Origin: Harriotta raleighana
Lineage: Eukaryota
Length of the DNA stretch: 64,000 nt
NCBI GenBank assembly: GCA_050575255.1
Contig: JBNZDD010013681.1
Location: 3,042,543-3,106,542, forward strand
Reading direction: 5' to 3'
Part shown: piece after piece, positions 1-12,026 of the stretch
How positions within the stretch are numbered: the first letter of the stretch is position 1
How the letters are laid out: every line of letters begins with the position of its first letter
Notes under the pieces: model-generated
What the model was told of the DNA's origin: nothing
The model's input: the letters and a program-made list of their open reading frames with translations, nothing else
Databases searched by the model: none
Program-made: the position numbers and the translations under genes

Positions 1-3000
1 CACTGCTAGTTCATTATTGGTATCATCAGTTATGCATTGCTATTGCGTGCTCCTATTTTAGTGTAGGCTTTTTATTGCTGTTTTTATTGCAAAAACTCCA
101 CACCACTGAAAGCTGTTGTCATCTGAGAATATCCCTTGAAACTGTAGATGATTTGGAGAGCATTAGCAAACCTAAGGGTGCACTGTCACGCAAGGCAGTG
201 TTGCCTGGTTCTGCTTAACTTTGGGTTGGTTGCCAAATATCATAACATGGATAGGAAGATTGCTTGAGAGAGATTCATACGATTGGTTATTGCTTTGACT
301 GGTTTAAAAAATAGAGCATATGGAATCTGGCAGTTGTGATGTGTCATCACAAGTCTAGCACTAACCTGGCTGGCATCAGATCCATTGCAGACATCATGAT
401 GATTGAGAGTACAGACAGCTTGAATGTTCCTGCAATGCATGTGCAGTATCCAGTTAGACTAACGATTCCTTTATAGGCACAGTGCTGTGACCAAGAGTAA
501 GCAGTCTGCATTTATATAACCATGTTGCCTCTAAGTGAGAAATTGATTGAAAACAGCAGTAAAGGGATCTACAAAGTTTCAAGAATTGTAAAGAACAAGC
601 TGATTTCTTTTTCTTGTGCTTTGCTGCTACATCCAAAAATACCAAATCTTCTTTTCAAGTCAGGTATTGCATAGTCTTGAGATAATATAGTCTGAGATTT
701 GTTTTTTCTAAAATCTGAGTGCGGCTGAATCAGTCTTTGGGTTATGGTAGTAAATTCATCTTGTCAGCTAGCTTTTGCTGTTTAACTGATTTACAAGTTG
801 CACTTTTGAAGAGATGACAGAAATTGTACAATAATAATAACAATTATATTTCATACAGTGCCTTTCCTGTCACAAAGATGTTTCATAGTGCTTCACAGGT
901 TATACTGTAATTTTGTAGGGGGATGTGACAAACAGCCATGAAGTGAATGACCATTAAATAAGGAGAAAAACTGGTCTAGAGTAGTGTCTGTTACAGAAAC
1001 ACAAATGTTAAGATACATGTGGTATCTTAATAAGGTTTTCAAAAATGTGAGTTAATTCAGTTAATTTGTTATAAATATGATTTCTTACTGAAAAGCATCC
1101 TACAACAGAAATTTTCATTTATATAGCTTGTTTCATGTCAGAGTGCATCTCAAGGCTCAATGATCATTGCAACAGCTCTGTCTCCCCACTGTTATTATTG
1201 ACACAGTTGAAATTATTCTGAAAGCATTCATTTATGCTAGATTTCCATAACATCTTTTTAAATGCATATACTATTAATCAATGATATGGTATATCAAATT
1301 CAAGGATTATTATTGTTGTATACAAGTGTAATTTTGTTATTGTCACATATTATTGTTTGCCAATTTTCTGTAATATAGATGCTTTACTCATTGTAAAATA
1401 GAGATTTGACCATTATCATTTTATCAGGATACTACCGTTAATTTTAAAGCACAAGAGAACCACTAGATGCATTTACTTCAATCTTTATTATATTTAAGTA
1501 AAATCCTGCCTTATCTTTTGGCCTTCAATTAATCTATTGTACGAAAGTGGAAATCTCCTCTGGTAGGTATTGTTTATGCAGGGTAATACAGATCTGTCAG
1601 GAAACTGCTACCTCAACTGACATCTGTTAACTCAGCACAGATTGGAATTGAACATGCAACCTTCTGGGCTATGTGGCTTAGTGCTACACCATGTATTGCA
1701 TTTACTATGTAGCCCATTGTCCGGGGGGGCTTGAAATTTTCTCGTGCAATTTGATTTTAAACTGTTTTTTCTGTGCCGTTCTAGCATTATCCATGGGATA
1801 GTAATACAATACACCGTGACAGAGTTACAGTACACGACAATGCCAAACTCCCAAAACCAAACTCAACACTGAGGAATACAACCAAATAACAAATATTGTA
1901 ATTTCTGTTCAAAAGCACCTTTATTGAAGTATAAAACAGTAAAAATCTGGTTACGAAAATAATCATACAATACAAATTAAAGATGTCCATGTTTGCTGTC
2001 ATTCATGGAATATATTCAATTAATAATTGAACTGTTGGTAATTTTCCTTTTAATTATGAAAGTTTAATATTGTGAGTGTCTGCCCTTATATAGGAATGAT
2101 TGCGAGTAATCTGATTGAGGAAGTTGGTACAAGGCTATTTAGTGTGAGGAAAGCAAAGTAGTTTGTTTTTTATTCTATTGTATTTTTAATATGTACACCT
2201 GCTTCCCACCAATGTGGGTTTTTTCTGCTTGCGAGAGTTAGTGCAAGTAGTCGAGAATGATTATCATTAGCTTCTTTGGACAGTTAAGAGTCCACTCTTA
2301 ATGATGCACAAAGACGTCCATTCTGTAGGATTAGCGCACCTAGATTTCCAGAAGGCATTGTGTGATTAACTATTGCGCTTGGATCACTGCTAAGTAGATT
2401 GAGAGAATCTAATTAGTGGCCACTATACATTATTTTTAACTCTGTTTTAGACCTATTTAGCATTTTAAAGTATGTTTACAATAACTTTATTGCAGTGGAA
2501 CCAGTTCTCTTTGGGTTTTAAAGAGATTACAAGAGCATTTATTAAGACAGTTGTTAATTGAAACTTGAAAATTAGATATTCTGTTTTATTGGAAAGGTCT
2601 GCGTAGTTGTATGTGGTTATGTGTCATGCACTGTAAAACAATAAACTGATTACGCATATATACTCTTCGCACGCGTTGTTAGAAGGAAGTTGTCCAGAAT
2701 ACGGTACAGACCAAAAAAGAAGAGGTACTGAGCAATGTACGGCAAAAAAAGCGGAAATAGGATATCCTCACATTGTTACAGTAGTTAATGGCACCTTCTA
2801 AAGAGTCTGTATCTATGGAAATTATTTTATACTTGCTACATATCTTGGGCAATAATTGTCTGTGTATGACTGATTTGGGTTTCTTGTTCACTTATAATCG
2901 TTTTATTTAACATAGTGGCTTATCATGACAACGTCTTAATACTTATCTGTAAAATTTAGTAACTGTAAAGTGCAGTAACTACTTTGTAAGCAAATATTTT

Positions 3001-3079
3001 GTAAATTATATAGGCAATTATAAATTTTAATCATATAAGCATATAAGAAATTGTGCAAAAGTCACAAGGCTGTTAATGC

Positions 3080-4290
3080 TCAATCAAATGAGGAAGAACA
3101 TTGTCTTGGTTGTGTTCAAATATACCTAGACTTTTGCAGTTTGTTGAAAGATACTTTGATCCATATCTTCCTGATAGGACTTGAGAAATTAAATTCTGTA
3201 TCTTAATCAAAGTAAATATCGACTTTTTGATCCGCTGGATATTTTAAAATATGTGGACACCCATCAACATGCTTAAGAATATCAAAACCAAACTGAAATT
3301 CCATGCATTCCACCTACATATGGAAATTCCAGAGGTAAATTATAGGAATGGAATGCGTACTCTCTCCCTGGAACGACACATCCTGTTTACCTAATTCTGG
3401 AAAGCATTAGGCGCAGGTTGGCAAGAACCAGGCTTGGGGACACTAGAGTATGAGTTGCGGTATTGCTAGAATCTAAAGCCGCATAACTTGCCATTGAGAG
3501 CACTACCTGACAAGCTTTCTCACTGCTTGTTCAGCTAGGAACACCCTACCTGTTAGGGCTTTGGCTTTCAAGGTTAACCAGAGCTGAGTGGGGAGATACC
3601 CTGCCCCCACTGACTGGCTTGCCCTTTCAAGTTCTGCAGCTGAGCCAGGCTGACTATGCTGTCTTTCGGGAATGCCTTGTATTGTGGACCTGCTTGACAT
3701 CCGATAAACACGGGTTTGAACCTTCACTAGGTCGATGGCAGGTACCAGGACCTCCCTGCAAGCTTCCTGGTGGATAACACAGCTCAGCATAATTGTGTGG
3801 GAGTATTTCCACCATCTTCCTAGCCGCCACTTGGGCACACATAGCTTCCCATTGTGCAATGGTTCCACTAATTGCAGAGTTTAAGCGGCAGCTGCTTGCC
3901 TTCTGCAAGGTTTCTCTCAATCAAATGATCAGTCCCACTTGTTGATTCCTATTGGAACTGGGGTTGTGGTAGACACCAACATTTGCCGGAAGATTGTCCT
4001 AAAGGACTGAGAAGGTGCACTTTGATCATGTTCGTCCCTCTTCAAGGACAGCAGGTCATTGCAGGTCAGGATTGCGGCATATAGGAATTGTGTGCAAACA
4101 ATTAAGCAGCTGGTACTGAGTAAGCCTGGTATATGAGATTGACTTGGAACTTGAATATAATGGTGGCTGTCATGTCACAAGCTGTCTGTCCTATAAAGAT
4201 CCTCCCACCATGCTGAAGGCAGATTTCCGACAGATAGCTGTTGTGACAGCTGCAAGAAAGCATTACCTGGAGTCTTGAGTTCATGAACAA
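3080..4290 (+). mobile_element. Unclassified degenerate coding repeat, copy A
   Basis: Broken reading frame (IPCIPPTYGN...ESIRRRLAR...TGLPFQVL...FLVDNTAQH) homologous to 47770-48700(-) and 56460-57420(+); boundaries approximate. Confidence 0.7.
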
Positions 4291-4299
4291 ACATTCATA

Positions 4300-4441
4300 C
4301 ATCCAAAAACGCAAAATACTGCAAATGCTGGGAATCTGAAACAAAAACAGAAGTCGTTGGGAACACTCAGCAGGTCAGGCAGCATCTATGGATAAAATAA
4401 AAGTGAGTCAACGTTTCGGGTCCATGATCCTTCGTCAGAAC
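4300..4441 (-). mobile_element. Penelope-like element terminal fragment with hammerhead ribozyme-like core
   Basis: Minus strand CTGACGA-A-GGATC-ATG-GACCC-GAAA-CGTT; related copies near 11915-12000, 38718-38812 and 61010-61080. Confidence 0.7.
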
Positions 4442-4554
4442 AGTCGTGGACCCAAAATATGCATACATTCAAAAAAGAGTGGTAGAAATCTACAATTCTC
4501 TTCTCCCAAAAGGCTGAGGACGCTAGATCTATCCATGCCCGCGAAGAGTGAGGT

Positions 4555-4815
4555 TAATAATAATCATGCTTGCATTTGATATAGCACTTTTTATATCTTC
4601 TAGACATTGCAAAGTGTTTCACAGAATATACCTTACTGTAAAGTGAATTGACTGTATATTTTGTGGGCGAAACTCGGCATCTGATTGCGCATAGCAGTGT
4701 CCCACAAACATTCATGGATTGAGTGACCAAATTATTATTGTTTTTTGGAGTGGGGGGTGGGGGATTATTATTAGGCTTGTTGAGTAGGAAAACTTGCCCA
4801 AGATTTCGCCCTGCA
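4555..4815 (-). mobile_element. tRNA-derived SINE, 5'-truncated
   Basis: Same body and (ATT)n tail as full-length copies at 20327, 42158, 52429 and 61553. Confidence 0.85.
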
Positions 4816-5174
4816 AAATGATGAGGGAAAAGTGATATGTAAATCAATGGAAACTAATGCAGAAATTAAATCTGTAATCAGTAAAGATTATTTACAAGAT
4901 AATACAATGTGCAACCATTAATCCCAAAATACCAGATAAATAAATGAATCAGTAAACTATAAAATAAAAATCTCAAATTCACAGTAAATAAAAAATTGAA
5001 CTGACACTACAAATTGCCCTTCTAGTCAGCCATAGTTATAGTTATGAAATGCACAAAATTTAACCCACATTTCCTTCAAGGTGAACTCATTCATGTGAAC
5101 ATTGGTGGATCACTCAGTTTGATTTCTGGTGTGCATATGGCCCCAAAAGAAATCTGACGTTAATCTTCCAGGAA

Positions 5175-5467
5175 CAATAATAATCCTTACATTTGACATT
5201 GTGCTTTTCTTGTCTTCTAGACTCAAAGAATATACTCTAAAGTGAATTGATTTTATACGTGGGCGAAACACAGCAGCCAATTGCGCACAGTAGTGTACAA
5301 CAAGCAGTCGTGGATTGAAATGTCCAATGTTTTTGTTATTGGTTTTTTTGAGGGATTATTATCAGGCATGTGGAGTAAAGAAACTTTCCCAAGGTTTCAC
5401 CCTGCCTGGAATCGAACCCACTTTTCTTGCTTCAAGGTGTTAGTTACCACTGAACTACAGGACTCCT
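5175..5467 (-). mobile_element. tRNA-derived SINE
   Basis: Family body plus B-box-like GGTTCGATTCC on the minus strand. Confidence 0.85.
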
Positions 5468-8400
5468 CAGGTTGATAGATTTTCGGTAGGTCAGGGTATG
5501 AAGGGATGTTGGGAGAAAGCAAGAAATTGGAATTGGAAGAATTAGTTGATGTACAGATCAGCATAGTGGAACAGTCTGGAAGGGCAAAATGGCCTACTCC
5601 TCCTGTTCCTACATTGGAATAATCTGAATTCTTCCAAATTTTATGAGTGTCAGCTAGAAAATAAATATTTTAGATTTGAACCTTCATTGCCATGGGTTTT
5701 CATGAAACCAAGAAAACCATAACTTTTATTCTTCACAATATATAACTTCACAAAGCATAAATTTGAAAGAAGAAGTGGATTTGTTTTCAATCCTGGTGTG
5801 ACCCATTCCTGCATGCAATAGGTTAAATATTTATTTTAGTTTGATTGCTTTCATATTGTGATTTGGAACTACAGTATTAGTTTTGTTTACAATTTTGTAT
5901 AAGCACTATAGGTAAAATAGGGAATTGTTTTAAGCAATTTAATTCTAAAATACAGTGTAACTTTGATCTGTCTTCTAATAATTCATTATGACTTTTCATG
6001 AACATTTACAGTGTACTTCCACTTTTCATTTGAAATTATGCAAAAATAACATTCTTTTGCCGCAACGTGCAACAGTTAAAGGGATTAAACCGAGCATTAC
6101 ACACATCATTAATTTTGCTTTTTTAGTTGAGGGCATGTGGATAATCAAGGTTTTGTTGTATTTATTGACCTAAATGTTCTTTCTTTCACACTTTCATCTT
6201 GTGACTGTGCATGTGTTTTTACTGTCAATATTTCTGTCGCCTTCGGGTTAAAATTTAAGTAATGCAATGCAGGTTAAAATCAGAAATATTATTCCTTTCT
6301 AGGATAACAGATAGTCATATATGGATATTTAATGCCCAAATAAATACAGATTTATTTGAAAACCACAGTTTGCAGTTTATATACTGTACCTTTGCTGTGC
6401 AAGCTAAGCTTTGGTCGTATTAAAATCTAAAGTTAAAATATTAATCTACACAAAGTTACATTTAGTGGTAGAGATAAGTAAGTGTCATTTTCGGAAAGAA
6501 TAAATTGAGAGATTACAAAATTACTGTTTAACTGAAAGTTTGTGAGTGGAAAAATCAGTGCTTCCAAAGAATAGTTTACTTTCAGCAACTAGAGTTTTGT
6601 GACGAGCTTCTTGGCAGCTTGGAGTGAAAGTTCAAAATTGAAGCAGCAAATGTTGCATTTACTAAAAGGAAATACTACTTTGGAAAATATGTAAGACGCA
6701 GTCTTTCATCTGTCTCCAACCCCTTTGCCCCCCATGTTAGAAATGGGTTGTATTTATCTGTAGAAGTACAGTAACTGTACTGTTTGAATCTCTATTTAGT
6801 GACGGATTCTGCACTCATTAATATACAAAGCACTGCCATTTGCTGGTATGAATTACTTGATTGTTAGGAAAAGGTAATTACAGATCAAGCTAGCAACCAA
6901 ATTATGTCAAATGATTCGGAATTTATTTTACTATCAAACATTCAAAAGTTGTAATGAAACATTTACATCTATAGTTAGTGAATGCAGTTTTGGAGGGTGA
7001 GTAAGGAGAATGTAGTGCCTTCGGCTTTATAACGTCTAAAGACACGAGGGTAAAATAATCATTGATGAACAAATTAACAGGCAATACCAAGTAAAATTAT
7101 ATCAAAATGCAAATTTCTTTTTATGTTTTCACTCTTTGGAAAAAGGATCCATGTCCTACAAAGTAATTTATATAGAAAAGGTGCATGTGGTAAAGAATGT
7201 GCTATGCAACCATGGCTGTTCCACTGCTTACAATAAAGCAGTATTCCGAAAGGGCAGTACCATGATTTGTGCTATTCCAGTAAGTTCCAGTTCCACCTCA
7301 GTTCAGTTTCCTGTTGCAGTTTCTGTTTAAACATGAATAAGGCTCCAGATAGTTTATGAACTGTTCTGCCTGCTGCACTTAATATAGCCCTACATTTACT
7401 TGCACAAGAGATGAGATACAGTAGCAGTGCCCTCATCTGGTAAGCATGATAACTACTGTACAGTAAACTTTACATTAGTCATATCAGTTGGAACCACACA
7501 TTTAATATGACTTGTGCAAAGTATGAGTTATGTCAAACTTGCATAGAATATAACTCTTGAATAGGACTGTACAATTTATACAGATCAGACTTACAATGTT
7601 TACTGTATAACAGTATATTAACGGGCATTGAAATGTACTAAAGCCATGGTTGCAGTGCATTGCTTGGATTTAAATCTAAAAGGAAGAACAGAGCAGGGAA
7701 GATGTTTATCTGTGTATGTACACTTATTTTTCCAGTTTGGAGAAATAAATTAATTTCAAATGTAATTTCCAGATTTGAAACAATGTAATTAATGGCCATT
7801 TTTAAAAAGTTTTTTGGGGGGAGGAACATAAAAATAACACTTCCATAGTTTGCCAACCAGTACCTCTTCTACATTTGGACTCTATTGGTAGCCCCCTTTT
7901 TAAAATTAGTTTCTGGACACTTTTCAACACATACTCCACCTAGGTGAGCCTAGACTGTGTATCAGCAGGTTGTTTGTCTGTGGGAGAGAGAGCATTGTAG
8001 CTGACCACAATTTTTGTCAAGGCAGGATGTCCATGAAAGTGCTCTTTCCATCAGAACATTGTTGTCTAAAATTCTACCCTGGCTGATTGACATTGTTAAC
8101 TCCCATTTAGTGCAGTCAAGATTGTTGCATTTGATTGCAATGGAGTGCCCTCTTGTGTTGATGCACGCATGTACACTCGTTAAACCTATTTGATAGATAC
8201 TATACACCTTTATATATATATATATATATATATATTCTGATGCTAGACCTTCAGATCGTATTTGCAAATGCATAAACTGCTTATCGCGCTCAACTTCCAG
8301 CAACATCTTTCATATTGGGAGGACGTATCAAGCAGGAGAGCTCCTGTCTTGTTCAACTTAATACGATTGTACTGACCAAACCTTGTACTTCTTTTCAACA

Positions 8401-9408
8401 GAAATTATTTAGGTGTGTAATATTTAGATTCAAATTATAAAGTGAGAGTTACAGTAAACTCCTGGTGTATCTTTCACTCGAAGAGAAAGTACCTTAGAGA
8501 TTATATCCGAAGTGACACTATCGAAATGAATCCTCAACTGGCACTAGGGGGCACTGTGGCTTGGAGGACCTAGACCCTGTGCTTGCATTGTGTGTATAAA
8601 GTTATCCAGCTTACAATTGTACTTTCCCTCTCCTAATTTGCAAGGTACTGTAATTCACACAAAAGCACGAGTTCACCGGGTGAGTTTAGTCATTTTGCCA
8701 CTCTGTCATTCAAGCAATATAATTAAGAGTAAAGCCACTAAACAACAAAATAGAAATTAGAAAAGTAGCTCACAAAATGCTATTATGATTTCAATCTACT
8801 GGGGAAAATAGCCTGTTGTAGTCAGATAGTCAATGTTTTAAAATCCTAAGAGTTCACTGGGGGGCCCTGGTGTGGGGTATGACTAACTGAGCAGTGGTAG
8901 GTTACTTCTATCTGATGATATATCCAATATTTTACTTACTGAGATGTATAGAATGCGACTTTTTAAGTGAGTAATAAAATAAAGGAGGGGAAAGGAAAGT
9001 CCCTTATTCAGATTTTGCACGGGATGTAGCTGGGATATTGACAGCAAGATGATAACAGCCAGGCTATTATCAGGAGTTTGCTGTATTTAAAGCTAAATTT
9101 TTGGAGGAGTAACCAGCTCAGCAAATCGGAATTGACTTTGAAGGTCTTCATCTGATCTGGTGATAAAAGCACCAAGACCCTTATCTATTAGAAGTAAAAT
9201 TTAAACATTGTGCCAAAAAGTTTTTCTTGTACGTGGTAACTGGAATAAAAGTACTTTGTGAATACAGTCTCTATGTGGTTGCGAATTTGTTAGAAGAGAT
9301 CAATAATGCACATTTATTTAAGGTTTAAAATTGAAACGCTCATGTTGCATGCTTATTATATTTAGTTATTTGAAACATTAACTAACTCCTAATGTTTTAC
9401 TTCTCCAG

Positions 9409-9501
9409 GTTCTGTCCTCCCAGATTTAACGGAGCAGTTCACATCGCCTGAAGTTGCCCCAGCTATCTTGGTGAAGTTAGTGGAGGCTATTGAAAAAACA
9501 G
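9409..9501 (+). CDS. PIK3R1: PIK3R1 coding exon (human exon 3 equivalent), start of BH/RhoGAP region
   Basis: ttctccag|...|gtagga; 93 bp; [30 protein letters not shown] resembles p85-alpha [28 protein letters not shown]. Confidence 0.95.
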
Positions 9502-10377
9502 GTAGGACTGATCAACTGAAATCATAACTACCAGTGCCTTGGAGTATCCTTGTGATGTGAAAGTTGCTATACAAATGAATTTTTGTATAAAGCTCTTCAA
9601 AGGATGGACAAAATTGCTTTGTTTTTGCAAAGGTGTGCAATTTTGTTTAAATGTTACATTAATGTATTGTAGAATCAGACTAAAAACATTAATGATATTA
9701 ATACTTATTGAGCTTGTGTTTAGGGGATTTCTGATTGATTACTCAAAGTAGGATTGAAAGTAAGCTTAAGGGATATTCCCAGTAACTGTGGTTAACTATT
9801 GGTTGCATGAAAAACAAAGTTACTGCTGCTGTAAATTTGCTCTTGTCATTCAATCCTGTTGGAGATCCGAATCAGACATTAACAATCCAAAAATGTAAAG
9901 TTTTCAAGGATGTTTGTAGTCAGCTCTATGAGTAAATCCTGGGCAAATTCAAGTTGCTTTTGTAAATATAATTCTCAGAGTAGAGGTAATTCTTTGTAAC
10001 ACATTGGGCTAGAGACAAAGAACAAAGTTGTCTAAACTCTGCAAATCCATTTGTTTAACAATGCAGATATATTTTTTTAAAAGTACTGAATTGCCTGCAT
10101 TGTTGGTTTTATGATTGGGGTAGCATGAATTTGAACTCAAATCTCATAGGAGATGTAAAGCTATAGAAAATTGCAACACGGAAAGGCGATCATGTCTGTG
10201 CTGTGACATTTGATGCAGTGCAGAGAAAAAAAATTACACTTTCCTATCAGTGTTGCAAAACATGACGTTTTTAATGACGACTTTAACCTTTTTCCTCACT
10301 CTATATGTGACCTGTTGAAGTGTATTATTGTAAACTGTAGTTGGCTTAGTACTAGCATTTTGATTTATATTTCATAG

Positions 10378-10452
10378 GTCTAGAGTGTGCCAATTTATAC
10401 CGGACTACTGGATCAAGTGGTGGTGCTGAATTGAGACAAATGTTTGATTATG
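10378..10452 (+). CDS. PIK3R1: PIK3R1 coding exon (exon 4 equivalent)
   Basis: ttcatag|...|gtaagc; 75 bp; GLECANLYRTTGSSGGAELRQMFDY; phase 1-1. Confidence 0.93.
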
Positions 10453-11159
10453 GTAAGCATATTTGAATGTTCTCCTATGTGCAACTGCAGTACAAAAAGC
10501 ATTTCAGAAATGTGCTAGTGTCCTTGCTACTTGTTGTGAAAGTGCCATTTCTCCTTTGCTGTGTATGTCCTACATTTCACTGATTTTTTTTTCTCATAAT
10601 AGTTCTTTGCAATAGTGGGAGGAAGGGAATGTTGTCTTTACTCAGAATTGCGAAACAGTTTTTTAACTGAGGTTTTAAATTCACACCACTTCAGCATTTT
10701 AATGTAATGTTTTTCTGTAGTACTGTTTTGTCTGCACAAATATTGGATTGACACCAGGTGGCTCCCTAAATGTATGCAGTGTTGATTAAGTTATATGTCT
10801 GTAGATACCATTATAAATGTAAATAGTGGTTTGGGCAATTGGCCAAAATGCGTCTGGTTTGACTAAAACAATGACCATTAGTAATCAGTACCAAAATTGC
10901 CTGTACTCATTCCCTCCTTAATTATCTTTATGGGCATAATACTTTAGAAATAAAACGTACTGCTCTGAATTCTACTAGTCTGGGAGGGTGCTACTTATGG
11001 ACTCATAATGTAATCAAGCACTACAAAGTGCCTCTCATTTTATTTATTCTGGGTGTAATCATCTTTCAAAATGGATACTTAACATTTGTTTTGCTTGCAA
11101 AACAAATTGTAAATTTTTTTTTGTCAAAACTCATGTCAAAATGGAGACAAATCTGATGG

Positions 11160-11732
11160 GTTATCACCTGCACCAAGCTCCGCGACTACACCATTCCCAC
11201 CCTTGCCTAGCTCCATTGGCTCCCCATCCCCCAGAGGATCAAATTCAAGATTCCCGTTCTCACTTTCAAGACCATTCAAGGCCTTGCCCCCTCCTATCTC
11301 TCCCACCTACTGCCTCCGTTAGAACCTCAAAGCGTTCTGAGATGCCGTCCGGCGTGGAGGGCGCTATATAAGTCAAAGTTGTTGTTGTTGAACCTGCAAG
11401 ATCCCTTCATTCAATGGGCTTCAATCTGCTCCGTGTCCCGCACCCGACCCATCCTACCATCGGTGAACGGGCTTTCAGCCTCTCAGGCCCCACACCCTGG
11501 AACTCCATCCCACAGTCCCTTCATCTCACATCCTCCCTTGCCTCCTTCACGGCCGGTCTCAAGACCGTCCTCTTCATTTGTGCTTCTACCGCCTTCCCAA
11601 TTCTCTCCCTCCCCTCATAACTCTCTCCCACTGCTCCTCCCTACTCGCCCCTCTCCCTTATTCGTGACAGTTCAGCTCCTTGGGATGTCCTCCCGACATG
11701 AAAGCTGCACTATAAATGTAATTTTATTTTTG
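11160..11732 (+). mobile_element. L2 LINE 3' fragment
   Basis: ORF2 C-terminal remnant (IGERAFSLSGPTPWNSIP...GLKTVLF) and tail gaaagctgcactataaatgtaatttt. Confidence 0.85.
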
Positions 11733-12026
11733 TTATATTAAATGTTCAATGTTTATGGGTTTTGTTTTATTGATGTCGTTTCTGATAAAATAATGATAAA
11801 CCAAGGTGGTCCTGAATTAGCAATTAGAGATTGTACATTGTCCAAGTTGCCCAAATTTCTAAGACTTGGCAAACTGACTGAAAACAACCAAAGAAAACCT
11901 GTGTTAACTAACAGATTTCAGAAAAGAAAGCAAAAATCTTGGAAATCTGATATAAAATCAGGAATTCTGGAATTGTTTCACAGGTTGATAAGCATCTGTT
12001 TTGAGCAGATTCCAACAGCTCATGTA

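Noticed and set aside
6650-6696. ATG-initiated mini exon (MLHLLKGNTTLEN) with GTAAGA donor
   Set aside because: Phase 2; splicing to the exon at 9409 gives a frameshift and early stop, and there is no other support
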